DNA of 64,000 nucleotides, taken from assembly GCF_009834535.1 (NCBI RefSeq), contig NC_045707.1, forward strand, positions 62,870,001-62,934,000, written 5' to 3'. Within the stretch, counting starts at the first letter, position 1. Each line of letters begins with the position of its first letter. The notes under the pieces were generated by a model. The model had not been told where the DNA came from. It made no database searches and saw only the letters and a program-made list of their open reading frames with translations. This document shows positions 12,491 to 26,410 of this stretch, piece by piece. This DNA is from Camelus ferus (lineage: Eukaryota). Both the position numbers and the translations under genes were made by a program.

Positions 12491-13719
12491 TCCACGTGCT
12501 ATTTGAACATGGCATGATTAGCGTGTAAAGTAAGCCTCTCCTTTCAGACACATAGAAACATTGTCTTGCATCAAACACTTCCAAAGGTGGACACATCAAA
12601 ACTGAAGTTTGAATAAGTCGATGTTGGCTTTCGTCCATTCAGAGTTGAGGAACTCAACCCATTCTATCACATTTTTACCCAGAATCTTACTATGAGGAAC
12701 TCGCTATAGAGCCCAGAAGCCAGCATGCTTTGTTCTGACCACGTAGTTGGACATGTTTGTGAATAAGAATGGTTGCTGATGTGACAAAAATCTGGTCCCT
12801 TTTGAGTTGGGGAAGCCCCAAGGTAAAACTGAAAAATGTGTTCAGATTGTTCTAGAACAATATTACTGGTCACATTACCGTAATGCTTATTTCCTAAATC
12901 TGGCGAGTATCGTTTCTGATGTTTACCTCACTGAGTGGAGTCAAAGAATATGATTAATTGCCTTTCTACGTGAAGGCGATCAGCGGTAATTCAAGAATTT
13001 CTATATAGGAAATGGCTACAGAAGAGAGGCTAGTGGGTATAGATGTCTTACTTAACACACAAAGGATATTTATTTCGAGTGTATTCTTATTCATGGCAAA
13101 GGCAACAGAAAATATAGGGAGGTTCCTAAACCTCTGACCACTCTCCTCCCAAGTTGCTTCTGGCTCTAACCACAGATTAAGATGCTAAAATGCTTTGAAA
13201 GAAAAAGCAGCTGAATATAAGAACTATAGAAATTTGCCATTCCTGGCTGCTGAGCTAAACTGCCCAACACGCCAAGCACTGGCAGCAAATCTCTCAACCC
13301 TTTTTTTTTTCCTGGAAATATTTGCAACCGGGAAGATTTTTGCAAGCCCCTTGTCAGATTTCATACAAAGTTTAATGACAAATTTTTCAGTGTGGGTCAA
13401 AACTTAAGTGTGTCACTAGCTTCATGGAGGGCCTCCAAAACTCACATTTTACGAAAGTTATTTTGGCTGGTGTTTAACAGTTTTGAAAAAAGAGGTAAAT
13501 TAATAGATTAATAGGTAAATAGATGATAGATAAAATAGCTAACATGCTTAAAATACTAATTCCATATTTCAGGTGGAATGCCTCAGTAGCTTATAATTCA
13601 AGTGAAAAATGTGAAAAAAAAAAGCAATTTTCTGATAGATCTTTCAGATTATCCTGAAGATTCACAAGAAATTTTTGCTTCTCATCACCCCTTTGAGACA
13701 AGTTTAAGCTTATTTTTAC

Positions 13720-14125
13720 CATCTCAGGTCTAGTTCCTTAGGAAATAGACTCTGAGATAGATATTTGCATGGAAGTAGTTTCTTGGAGAGAAACATTGTT
13801 CCTTCGTAACAATGACTGTGAGGAAGAGAGTAAAACGGGATCAGTCAGAGGAGAAGTTGGGATGGACCTGCAAACGAGACTTAGGCAATTCTGGAGAGCT
13901 CAGAGGGGATAAATAGCCCTTCAGAGTCTCAAGTTGAAGCAAAAGTTATCAAAATCCAGCCTCTCACACAGAGGAGTCTTGGCACATGGTAGCCCCAAGG
14001 AAGGGTAAGGACCTTGGACAAGGCACTGTACTTTGGGCTAAGGCAATTCCTGAAAAGCAGCTCAGCTCTAAGTCCTCGCCAGGCCATACTCCCAGCAGCC
14101 AAACAGCAGTCTTAGTCTAAAAGGG
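13720..14125 (-). mobile_element. LTR16-like ERVL solo LTR
   Basis: Starts 'atctcaggtctagttccttaggaaatagactctgagatagatatttgcat' and contains 'ggcaattcctgaaaagcagctcagctct...actcccagcagc', the reverse complement of recalled LTR16 sequence. Confidence 0.6.
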
Positions 14126-14640
14126 CCTTCATGATCTGGCTCCTACCCGCTTCTTTCAAATCCACTCATAACATCAACCACCAAGCTAACTGAGATGAAG
14201 CAACACTGGCCTCGGTTGTGTTTGTGTATGATAACCATCTCTTCTGACTCAAGGTCTTTGCGTTCTGTATTATCTGTACTTGGAATACTCTTCTCTCTGG
14301 GTCTTAGCAGCTGATGTCCTCTCATTCTTTAACAAGGCTATCCAAAGTTGCCTACGCATTGCCCTCCCTTCCTTCCTCAGGCTTCTGCTGTCTCTCCATG
14401 GACTTGCCTGCACCTTCTTCAGCCTGGCTCATATCTTTCCATAGCAAAGTCATCGCAACTCTCCATAGCTCTCTTGTTCATTAATTTGATAAAATGTTTA
14501 TTTTCTATCACTGTCATGAGAATGCAAGCTGAATGTTTTATTCCTTCCAACTTTAATATTATATACAATCGCTTTCCAGTATTTAATACACATAGCACAT
14601 GGCAGAAAAGTAAGGGAAATGAAACCTGATTGTTAGCCAA
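14125..14640 (+). mobile_element. L2 LINE 3' fragment
   Basis: 'aagggccttcatgatctggctcctacc', 'aaggtctttgcgttctgtattatctgtacttggaatactct'. Confidence 0.6.
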
Positions 14641-17249
14641 GGACTAGATTAGATTTGAGAAATATACTAGGTTCAGTTAAGATTCTGGAGCAATGGAAAC
14701 TATTCTTAGGATTTTAGGAGTACAGAGGTAGAAAAGAGACATGAATATTTCTTTCCATGTGATGCAATTACTCTGTTCACAAGATACACATTTTATTGTG
14801 TTCATATGATTTGTTTAAATGGTGATCATTAAATTGTCTCTCTTCTTATTGCTGATCAACACTAACATCACCTAAGTTTTTGAAACATTTCTGTTGGGCC
14901 ATTTTTCACAAAAAAAAACTTTTCTATGTACTTGTAACATATTTGTAAAATATTCATATACACGTTTATCTTGATTCTAAGAAAAATCATCATATTACCA
15001 TACTGTTTAAAATGGCACCTCTCCAGGCCCTCCCCAGACTCGTATCCCCTTCAATTTTCTATTCTTTTTTTTTTTTTTCTCTTCAATTTTCTTCCAGGGG
15101 CTTATCCGGGACATATCTATGCATTTATTTACCTGTTAGCTGCATGACTTTATCAGGACAAGACTGTCATTTATTCACCTCTATCTCTGTTCCTAGAATA
15201 AGACTTGACAGATAAGAATTTCCCCACAAACATTTGTCAAATTAACGAATGGATGAATCTGTTAATCTGGGAAACTCACCTCTATGGAAGCTGCTACTTC
15301 CCAGTGAAGCTGAATAAATAAGATCTCTTAGTCACCGCAGGCCTTTCATTCTGAAAAGGCCATGGAATTAATCTTTTCTTTAATTCTCTGTATTTATGTA
15401 TGCAAAGTGCCCAATCCAAGGGGTTCATCATTTACTAGCAAGTAATAAAACCTTTTTTACAGTCTGTTCTATGACCATGTAAATAACGAATGTCTAATTG
15501 CTAATTGATGGCAGTTGTGTTGATACTTATTATTTGCTACCTTTTGCCCTTGTAGTTGCCTAGTTATCACACTTAAGCGAGTTTTACTTTTTAATGGAAT
15601 CTTATTTGCTCTTTCAAAGAAAGACAAAAATATAGGTATAAATATTAAATTGATTATATATAGAGGAAGAGGGAGAGAGACATTTTTGTCTTTTTTGTAT
15701 ACCACTCTGTTCCCACTGCCTATAGAATAATACCAGGTAGACTTGGCAGTCACTCAGTAAGTATTTGTTGAATTAATAAATTAACATAATATATACATAG
15801 GCAGATTGAATGAACACTATTCTCTGGGCGAGATATTCACCTAGGTACCTATTTTTAGTTAGATTTTATTTTTACCGTAAATTTTTACTCATACTTTTTA
15901 ACTGAGGGCATCAGAGAAGAAAGAACACTAGATTATCAATCAGTATCATCACATTTCTGGTTCAGGCCCTTCCCTATATGACTGTGAAAATCCTTATGTT
16001 ATCTGGGATTCCACTTCCTGAATTACCAAAATAATGAAAGCAGTTTTTTGACTTTCAAAATTTCCCTTTCAAATCTAAAATTTTGTTTTCTTCCGCTCCC
16101 ACCAGTAAAGTCCATGTCAATATGTATCTGTTTTTAGAGACAATTTATAGACCAGTTCTTGTCTCTTTTCAAGTATTTGCAATGAGAAAGTTTCTCAATA
16201 TATTCAAAGCCCTTTTCTTTAATTTCCCTTTCTTACTTGCCTGTAGTCAAGACTATACGGCATCTCCCTAATTGCATAATTAAGGAATAATGACTGTGCT
16301 AAAGTTCTTAATTCCAAGAATTAATAACTATTTGGGAGGAATAGATGACTTACAGCTGATGGGCCTTGTGCATTTGAATGCTGCTGAATGAAACAAGAAT
16401 CAGGTAAAACTGCCAGAGCCAGATTTTGCTGTTTTGAAAAGCTCATCATCCCAACAACTGCTCTGAAGGCCAGTGATACATGGATATTGTGTTGGGTAGT
16501 ATAGCTTCTATCTAAAAGGGAATTTTGAGTCAATTAATGCTCTCTATTAGCCAGCTGGATTTGTTACATAATTTAGCAACGTTTTATTCACTACAGAATT
16601 ATCACCATCTTTGCCAGTGAGATGGAATGTGTTATACATTATAGTATTTAGGCTATTAAAGACTCCATTAAAGAAGAGTTGTCAATAGAAAATTATATCC
16701 CTTAATATCATGTATCTAAGAAAAATCTAACTAAAGAACCAATAGGTAGAATAAGAATGGTTTTCTTATACATCTCAAACAAAAAATAATTAAGGCTTTT
16801 CATCTTATTTTTATCTTTATGATGCGATCTGTGTGATTGGAATAAGAGGCATCTTAACTATTTTCTCGACTATAGAGGGCACAGTAAGATCAGATAGTCA
16901 TGGGATTTCTGCTTTGAAGCTTTCTGAGATGTGCCAAAATCTTCCAGAGCAAAAAAAAAAAAAAAAAACAACTTTCTAACCCTTGCATATTATTGTGTTT
17001 TGTCACCCTAAAACAGCCTCTGCCTCCTTTGTCTTCCTCTCCAAATGTGATTATTAGAATCATTTAAGTGGACTATTTCCAGTTGTTTGCCTGCAGAATT
17101 ATGTTCAAGGACCCTTTCTAGCACCCGTGGCAATAAGGAAATCAAATCATCTCCAGCTCCCGGTTACCTATTAGTCTTAAGACAATCATGGCAGTCTGAT
17201 TCTCTCTCCCAGTACATTAGTTTATGAGTAGTCATGGGATGGGTGTCTG

Positions 17250-17530
17250 GCCCCTTCATTTGTTCACTACCCATTCAACTATCATTTTTGAGTGCCTCCT
17301 TTGTGCCAAGCCCTTTTCAAGGTCTGGAGGATACAGATGCTTTTCACGAAGATTATTATTTTTGAGGAAAGAGACAAATAAAACAAACATAAGTCAATCA
17401 ATAAGTAATATCTCAGGGAATGAAAAGTGCTAAGAAGAAAAATAAAGCCAGGTAAAGCAATAAAGAGAAGTGTGGGGAAGATGCGGTTTTCAGTAAATGC
17501 AATCAACAAATCTCCACTATGTTATGTGAC
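17250..17530 (-). mobile_element. L2 LINE fragment
   Basis: 'cattcaactatcatttttgagtgcctcctttgtgccaagc...gaaagagacaaataaaacaaac'. Confidence 0.6.
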
Positions 17531-17785
17531 AGAGAAGTTGTGAGTGAAAAAACTAGAATACAGTTGGATATCATTTTGATGACTACAATTACCTTCTGAT
17601 CCTAAGAGATATGAGTATATGAAAAGCATGTAGAATTCTGTCGTGAACAATGATCTTTACATTTGGATGACAAAGGTATTTGCATATCTCAAGAGACAAC
17701 AAAAAAGAAAACTAATTCAAATGGTACAACTGTTTGGATGGGGGATCATAGACTCTAATCTTACTTAAAAATTACTGTTTATATT

Positions 17786-17927
17786 GGGGGGAGGGTATAG
17801 CTCAGTAGTAGAGTGCTTGCTTACTTAGCATGGTTAGGGTCCCGGGCTCAATCCCAAGTACCTCCGTTAAAAAAAATAAATACATAAAAATAAATAAACC
17901 TAATTATTTCCCCCTCATGAAAAAAAA
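17786..17927 (+). mobile_element. Camelid tRNA-derived SINE (vic-1-like) with TSD
   Basis: GGGGGGAGGGTATAGCTCAGTAGTAGAGTG (A box), GGGCTCAATCCC (B-box-like), tail 'aaataaacctaattatttcccc' plus A run; TSD aaaaattactgtttatatt (17767-17785) / aaaaattaatgattatatt (17923-17941). Confidence 0.92.
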
Positions 17928-20699
17928 TTAATGATTATATTAATCAGAAATAAGGAAGGCCTCTATATGATCACATTTTCCTCTTTACCATGAAGTCCTT
18001 GCTATGGACTGTGAACAGATTTCATTAAATTTCAGTCACTTTAGGCTTCTAAGCTAAGACAGTGACTTCAAAAACTACTTGGGAAGGTATTTCTGAAGAA
18101 TGTGTGAGATATATTCCTTATTGTGTAGTCATTTTTGAACACTCTAATAGATTTAGAATTGAGTTTAAGAATGCAATAATGAAATTTATCAATTTTATTA
18201 ATATTTTATGTTGAGAAATATGTGCATATTTGGTAATACCAATATTTGGCTTTACAAGTAGTATTAAAGAGAATTTGGCCTCTTAGGCTGACTAGTCAAC
18301 CCTCTGACTTGTTTAATATTTAAACCTCAATATAGTTACAAGAATTACTTTACTTTGAAAGTATTTATTTAAAATAAATAAACATATTATTGAGCAAATT
18401 AAATACATAAAATTCGTAAATACAGTTTAAATACCTAAGGGAACTTAAGATAATAGAAGGAAACAAATATTAATCAAGGTTTCTTCAAGATAATTTTTAA
18501 AAGTACTAGTTTTAAAAACAATAATCAAATAGGTAATTTGAAATTATTAAATACATGATTTTGAAAAAGCAGTAATTTTCAATATGTTTTTAAAATCTCT
18601 GAATAATCTTTGGTAGAAAAAAATACCCATGTGGGCAAGATAAAACAGATTTTTCATTAGACTGGCTTTTAAGCAGGCACCTGAATACACTAGGGGGATT
18701 AGCCACAGAGGAAGGTTATCTCTACAGAAGGAAAATTAAGTGCAAAGGCCCTGAGGCAGGAGGATGCCTGATGGATGTTTGTGGCAGAGTATGATTCCTA
18801 GAACTGCTGTCTTGCTCCCAGGCCAGAGGCTGAAGCCCTAGAGCTGAGGTCAGAGCCCGAGACTTATGGCAGTCCTCTGCCTCTTCTCACCTCTCGTTCC
18901 GTAAAGTAACACATGCCCTGATTTTTAAGCCAGTGTGAATTTGCAGTTATGTATTGTTTCCAGGTAAAAAATATCCCAACAATTCAAGTTACTGTTTACA
19001 TTTTTTTCAGTCTTCAAATTGCCAAACAGTGAGCAGGCAATCTTTTATTAGGTGAATATGCTACAGGACCTTATTTTCAAGTAGATTTTCATTTGCAGTT
19101 TAAGATGTACTATCTGAAGTTAATGTATCTGAAGTTAATGTATTTGCCACTTTCATTTTACATCTGTTGTCTCTCTGGGCTTCATTCAGTCTCAGCATGA
19201 AGTTGCTGTCCTCAGTTTGCAGAGAAGGAAACTGAGACTGAGAGAGGCGAAATCACTTGAATGGGAAGGCAGGTAGGTGTTCAAGGGCCAAGCCAGCTGC
19301 TGCATTCATTATAACCAACTATAAAAAAAAAAAAAAATTGGTCTTTGGCATAAAACCACAGGCCAAAGAAAATTCTAAAGTCATAAATTCAGAGTGATGG
19401 ATCTCTAATAAGAGAATTTCTTTTTGTAAAATAATGCAAGAAATGATTTGACAAACAGCCTTCTCCATAGAGCTCTTCACATGAGTAGCTTTGTCTACTT
19501 AAAAGCATAACTTTGTGTGGAAAGAGCCAGGAGCTTGTGCAGAGCTGCAGAAACAATGTCTATCATTGAGTAGCTGAATATTGAGCTTCAGTTTTCCTAT
19601 TATTAAACTGTTGTGGGGAGTAATATACGTACAAAACTCTTAGTATAGTGCCTACCACATAATAGCAGTTCAGTACATGGTGCTCACTGTCCCTTAAATA
19701 AGGGCAAAAAGGAGCTGCCATTTAAAAACTTCACCGGGAATCGTAAAGGAAATGGTATTCTTTAGAATATTCAACAGCCAATTACCTGTACTTTAAAATT
19801 CCACAGGGAAATTAAAATCTTAACACATTTTTTTTTAACTAACATACTGAAACATTCTTCTGTCCTTAACTCCGCTACTATCATTGTCCCACCTGTATCT
19901 TCATCATTTAGTCCCTGGTTGAGTCTGACCAACACTTGTTACTAGACAGAATACAATGAAAATAAAACGGAGGATTTCATGAACTCTTTTAACATTGATG
20001 TCAGAGGTGAGGATTCAGCAGTTGGATGAGTTAAAAGCAAAAGAAACACAAAAACAGTATAACACAAAACATTCCAAAAGGAAAGTATTAAGATATTAAG
20101 GAATTAAAACAAGACCTTAGGAAAATCAATTAAACTCACAAATACATTTATGAACATGAATCTACTTATAGTCAAACTGAGAAAGTCCAAATAAAGCAAA
20201 AAATTTCATTATACCGTAGTATCATATATTACAGAAAATATCACTTATTTTTTATTGATTCTTTAAAATGATAGCACATATTGGCAATTATAAAGAGACA
20301 TTTTGCTAAATATAAAATGAAATAAATTTATTGTCAGTTTTAAGGTTTAACAATCTAATTTTGCCACAATTTCCTATGAAAACGTGCTTCCTCTTTTAAA
20401 TGATTCTCTTTGTGTTATTTGCCTTCATTAAATTATCTTCTCAAGAAATAGAACTTCCTGTGAAACTTTCCTTAAAGGCTGATTCCCAGACTATAAGAGG
20501 AAACTGAAAATGTTAAAGGAAAAAAATGCATTAATTAGGTGGCAAATTAGTCAGTAATGGAAGCATTCATAGCCTGAGGGTCACAGGAGCAGAGTCACGA
20601 ATGCTGGTCCTTTCTAAAGCTAAAGAGTGAGTAAATAACATATAGTGGTCTGGATGGATTCCCCATTCAAGTCATCACCTTGTGAGTGACTTCATTCGA

Positions 20700-21310
20700 T
20701 CACTCAATTCATATTTATTGAGCATTCAGAGTCAGTTGCGGGGCTATTGGAGATAAAGTATATTGGAAAAATTAAAAACCCTCATGGAGCTTATATTCTA
20801 CTAGGAAAGACAGACAATAAAATGATAATAAGTTAATTATATACTATGTTTGCTACTAATGCCATGAGAAAAATAAATAAAGTAGGTTTGGGGTATGTGA
20901 AATGTTGGATGCATCTGATTGGAAATTTTAGATATGAGCTAGAGAAAGAAAACTTCAGTGAGACACTGATTTTAAAGTCAAAATTTGAAAGAAGAGCAAA
21001 AAATAGCTCTGAGGACTTCTAAAAGGGCATTCCAGGCAGAGGGAATGGCCAGGTGCAAAGCCTTGGTAGTGGGAGCACGCCTGAAGTTTTCGAAGTCATC
21101 CAAGTGAACATCCAGGAGAGGCATGAGGGATACTGGAGAGCTAACAGACAGCAACCTCCTTAAGTCTTGCTTCCTTTCCTGCAAAACAGATACAAAAGGG
21201 ATGTTCTGTGCCTAGGAGGGTTGTAAATATTCCATGAGATAATTGTTACAAAGCACTTAGCATAATGCCTGGCACATAGTAAGTGCTTAATAAATGTTAG
21301 TTCTTCTTGT
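20700..21310. mobile_element. L2 fragment (-, ~20700-21130) followed by MIR (+, ~21160-21310)
   Basis: 'ccctcatggagcttatattcta', 'gggcattccaggcagagggaatggccaggtgcaaagcc' L2; 'aaagcacttagcataatgcctggcacatagtaagtgcttaataaatgttag' MIR 3' end. Confidence 0.75.
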
Positions 21311-21799
21311 TGTTTGTCATTTCATGGATATGGAGCCAAAGGACTATTTACCCATGCCTCATGCCACTGAGCATTTGAATCATTTAACTGACTCCCTTCC
21401 CTCCGATTCCATGACCACTTGAAAACTATTGGATTACAGTTTCATTTCCTGTGTGGTTTAGCCTCCAGAGAGACTATACCAGTTTTATTAATATAGGTGT
21501 TCCAAATCACGTGCCAGTAAGAGTTCCCTGTCTAAACTGACTAATTTTCAACTTTGCCACTAAGAGCCTAATTAATGGATGTCTACCTGTGAGAAACAGA
21601 TATACTTTCAAATATTTTACTTGCAAAATCAGGTTTCTAATTCAGACCACCAGTTTTGCGCCACAGAAAATTCCCTGAGTCACTTCAGCCTAGTGATGCG
21701 ACCAGGGGGACAGCCAGCAAGACCCCCCTGGCAGCTTTCATTTCATCTGCTTCTCTATTTAACTGTCGCTGATACCTAATCGCCATGTACCCTTACTCC

Positions 21800-22130
21800 A
21801 TTTCGTCACATCTATCATCTCTTTCATCCTCTACGTAGTTCTTCGAGCGTGCGGAACAGGCGCCACTACTCCTATTTTATAAATGCAGAACTGAGGTACA
21901 GAGAGGTGCAGAGGCAGACCTGGGTCCTGCGTCCAGGTCTTCAGACCCCTCAACCTGTGCTCCTTCTATTAGAAATAAGAAAACCTAGCTTCTAGTCTCA
22001 GCTTCCCCTATGACAGACGTGTGATTTTGAAACATCCTCCCTTTTTTGGTTCTCAGTTTCCCAAGGGAGTTATAGGAGTGAATGATCTGTACTGTCCTTT
22101 CCGACATAAAAATCTTAGAATTCTAAGGTA
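21800..22130. mobile_element. Two MIR-family fragments in opposite orientation
   Basis: 'cctattttataaatgcagaactgaggtacagagagg' (-) and 'ttctagtctcagcttcccctatgacagacgtgtgattttg...ctcagtttccc' (+). Confidence 0.55.
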
Positions 22131-25100
22131 ATGGTGAAATGAGCAAATTAATAGATCATGTGGGGGGAAAAATTCAGCTAGACCAGGAATTAACAAAAGA
22201 ATATAAATATGTTAAATATGAACAGAAACACCACTGCCGTATATAAGTGTACTGTAGGAAGTCGAGGAGGTGGGAGAAACAGAGGAAGACAGGTCCTGAA
22301 CACTTATATTTGACAAAGAGAGGCCAGGGACGCTGACAGATGCTTATTTTTATATTTTCCCCTTGGAGTTATTTCATGGAAATTAATAAATTAATATAAT
22401 TAATTAATGAATATGCTTTCCAACCAAAGCCTGACTGAACAGTGCAAAAGTACCTATTTAAAAAAATTTTAGTTCCTTTTTTTGAAAAATATGTATTCTG
22501 AGCATATAACCATGCATAGTGTTGAATTAGTCACTACAACAGACTGTCCTCTTAAAAAATCACTGTGAAATCCACAATGGTCTGTTTGTGTTAGAAGCTT
22601 CTGTCTTTTATCTCTTGGTTCGCTGATCTGTTGTTATTGGACATGTTGGAGAGGTCTGGAGGCTTTGGCAGCCCAAGTCCCCTAGCGATTTTCTACCCTG
22701 TCATCTTAAAAAGGAAACTGTGCTGCCTCAGACAAAATCACCCTCACTAGTGCAGTGAAGTGGCAGGGAGAGGGTAGGGCAGGCAACTCACCTCAACATG
22801 GGTTTCAGAATGTGTTCCGAAAAATTGCCGGTCTGGTGTCCTTAATTTTCCTAATGAACCCCCACCTGCTATTTGAATACAAAAGAGAGTTCAAGAAACT
22901 ACAACTGTCCTGCTCCACGTTGCACTGATGTTTCAGTTAAAGGCATGCATCTGGGGCAAGATAATTGAATGATAACAAATTAATTGCACCTGTTTCAAGG
23001 CAACATCGGCGAAGCCTTCAGTGTCTTGTGCATCAGAATGTCTTTTCTCACAACAAGCATACTGCTGCACTTGGAATCAGGTTAGGGCCCTCTTACTGTG
23101 GTGGGGAGGGGGAGGAAAGAGGATTGTTTATTCCTTAGAGAACACATACTTCTGTATCTGTGTATAAAGCAACCTTGTCTTTTGGTAGCAGGCTTTTAGT
23201 TACATCCCAGGGAGAGAGTGACTTACATTGATTATTTACTGGAAGAATGCTGAGAGTATAAAAGACTGCGATTCACTCCACTGCAAAGAATGACAGCATT
23301 AATGCCTGTTTGCACCAGCATTTGAGATTTCCTCCCTCCCCTTCCTAGGATGCAAGATTCTTTAAAGATTCATGTAAGAATTCTTGACTTTGGGTAATCA
23401 AGATAGATTTAAAATGTTCATTTAATGAATAAGCCTGTGGAAGCCACAAGGACTAAATTAGTCACATCACTGGATTCCACTGCTCAGTCTCTGAGGATGT
23501 ATGCTTAAATTTTGTTACAACTTGAATTCTTATACATTGCTTTAATATTTTCACTTCAACTGAAAATCCATAGAAATCATCATACCCAGAATTCTTCTTT
23601 GCACCATCTGTTATTCAAATGAATGGACACTATTTTCCATCAAATTTCCTTTGAAATGGGTTACTAATAAGTTTAAGGTGAACAAAAAGAGGTACACCAA
23701 AGTAAAATAAACGGAATGATTTTAAGTAGTTTAATAATTTTATTTTTCAGAAAAATAAATAAGGGAATAACAAAACAATAAAACAGAAATGTTATGTGCA
23801 GGCTGGAAAACAGTAGAAGGAAAAGGAAATGCCATTTACAAAAGCGTGTATTTACCCAGAAAAGATGTGTGGCCTAATCAGATCGCATTTGCCTGTATCC
23901 AGCTGAAAGGAAACTGTATGAGAGTCGCATTAAATGAGAGACCGGAGATGTGGTATTGATGGTAATTCAGACACCACTATTTAAATCTATTTTCGATACT
24001 TTTAGAACTACAAAAGGGATAGATTCCAGGGTCCAGTGCAATGTCTATCACAGAAGGAACTCAACGAAAATGAACATTTGGTGTTACCTCCTTTTCTCTT
24101 CTAAAGTGAGGGTATTGAGTGATGTATCCATTGGAAATGCCAATAGAGAAAAGAGAATAAAATCACAGAATTCACAGTATCACTCAGTTTAGAGTTGACA
24201 AAGTTTACTTGAAATACCTCCATAAAGGGGTGAGATGTCTCGTTTTTTGCTTAAGCAAAGAGAGATACAGCTGAATATCATATTTATTTTGGATTTCAAT
24301 ATTTAACTCAATCTATCTGGGCCAGAAGGGCAACAATCATGTTTTATATCAACACTTCCTAAATTTTTTAGAGTCGAGCTCCTTCATTGTTTGCTTGTTA
24401 GATCATCCCCTTCTCGAAGAAAAACCTTTTGTAAAGCCGATTACGAATTCTCAGGGAACTAAACTTAACTTGTTTTGAATCCTTGCAATTTCTTTCAGGC
24501 ATCTCAAGAATCACAAAACCAAGATTAGGATTTTACTGTTTTATTGCTTTGACACATTAAAAAAATCTATACCAAAGGTAAAAAAAACTAATCCTGTTCC
24601 ACTGGGTTATCACTCCAATATTCTCTTGCTTTCCATTACAAATATATTTGGAAGCCACAAGATATTTATTTCTAGACTGTATGCTTTCCTGGGGAGATCA
24701 TTTTTGAGAAGACTGAAATAAAATAATCTCTGGTTTTCCGGTCATTAAAAGCCTCTATTTACAAACCACAGCCTAAAGGGAGTGAAATCAACACAGGAGA
24801 AATGTGTGCTACAAAGCGAGCTTTAGCTCATGTTCTGGTCATTTAGACAAGATTTATTACCACCATTGATTTACAGCATGTATTGTTGTTAAGATAGTAA
24901 TTGCTACATTACAGTTTATATTATGTCTAGTACCCCTGAACAATGTTCTTTTTAAAACAGGACTGTACACTAATAATGCATTGAGCCATTACTCTTTTGT
25001 TGTATATTACTTTTTACAAAGCATTATTTTTTTAACAAAAGGCAATAATTTTCCCCAGAGTTTTAATAATCCAAATCCTTCTATAGACTCATTTCAAAGA

Positions 25101-25852
25101 CCCACTAAAAGTTTATATTCTAAATATCGTTTGATCCTGGCATGTCTCAAGTGTTATACACGCCACAGGAAAGTCAAAAGTTAGTAAGGCATGACTCCTC
25201 CCTCAAAGAGCTTATAGTCTGTTTGACTGTAAGTGCAGATAAATAACCCTGTAGTTACATGATAATGTGATCATTACAGTCAGCGCAGTGTCCCATAGAA
25301 TGAATGGAAGCGTAAGAAAGAGTTATGAGTTGATCACAGAGGCCTCTGAGAGGGTTTATTGATAGGAGTGAGGACAAATATTTCTGAAACATGGAAGGGC
25401 ATACTCAAAGGTGCAGAAGAAATGAAGTGTGGGGCCATGCGAGGAGTCGCAAGTAGTTCTGTCTAGCTGGTGCCTAGAGCATGGTATGAAAGTGCCATGA
25501 GACGAGGTTACACAGTTAAGAGGGACCCAGATCTTAAAGGGTTAAAACTTCGTACTAAGAATACTGGGAACCATGAAAGGGTTTTTTGTCAAACGCTTCC
25601 CACGAATCCCTGCAGATCCATTTGGACAGACCTGCCTCTGGGACCCCTAGCCATTTTTTTCCTAGCCCAGATGTTACTCTAGAGACCAACTCTACATGGG
25701 GTTTATCCCAGCTTTATGCAGGGATACGCAGACATGTCCAGTTTCAACCCTTCACTGAGTGCTTCTAGCCTCACATACTGGGGCTTTCGTGTTGCAATAG
25801 AAGAATGACACATCACAGGACCTGCTTGGTGCCTCTCCATGTGTGACCCAGG

Positions 25853-26410
25853 GATATTTACAATAGCCAAGAAATGGCAGCAACCTAAGTGTCCATCAGT
25901 AGATGAATAAAGAAAGAAAATGCCATAGATATATGCAATGTATCTACTCAGACACAAAAGAGAATGAAATAATGCCATTTGCAGCAACACTGATGGACCT
26001 AGAAATCATCAAACTGAGTGAAGTAAGCCAGACAGAGAAACACAAATGTTATATGATATCACTTTTATGTGGAATATAAAAAAAATAACACAAATGAACT
26101 TATTTACTAAACAGGAACAGACTTACAGACATATAAAACAAACTTATGGTTACCAAAGGGGAAAGCGGGGGAAGGATAAATTAGGAGTATGGAATTAACA
26201 GATATATACCACTATATATAAAATAGATAAACAATGGGGATTTGCTGTAAGGCATAGAGAACTATATTCAATCTATTTTAATGAGCTATAATGGAAAATA
26301 ATTGGAAATATATATAGGCATAACAGAATCACTTTGCTAAGTACCTGAAATTAATACAATATTGTAAATCAACTATACTTCCATTTAAAAAATGTAAAGA
26401 AAAAGAAAGA
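25853..26410 (+). mobile_element. 5'-truncated L1 3' end (artiodactyl-type) with A-rich tail, within L2 sequence
   Basis: 'caacctaagtgtccatcagtagatgaat', 'gaatgaaataatgccatttgcagcaaca', 'aacaaacttatggttaccaaaggggaaag', 'attgtaaatcaactatacttc' then A-rich tail. Old L2 (-) at ~25100-25590 and ~26420-27500. Confidence 0.92.

Noticed and set aside
17786..17865. tRNA gene
   Set aside because: The tRNA-like head is followed by the SINE tail and TSDs, carries an insertion and lacks an oligo-T terminator; the same applies to the other four copies.
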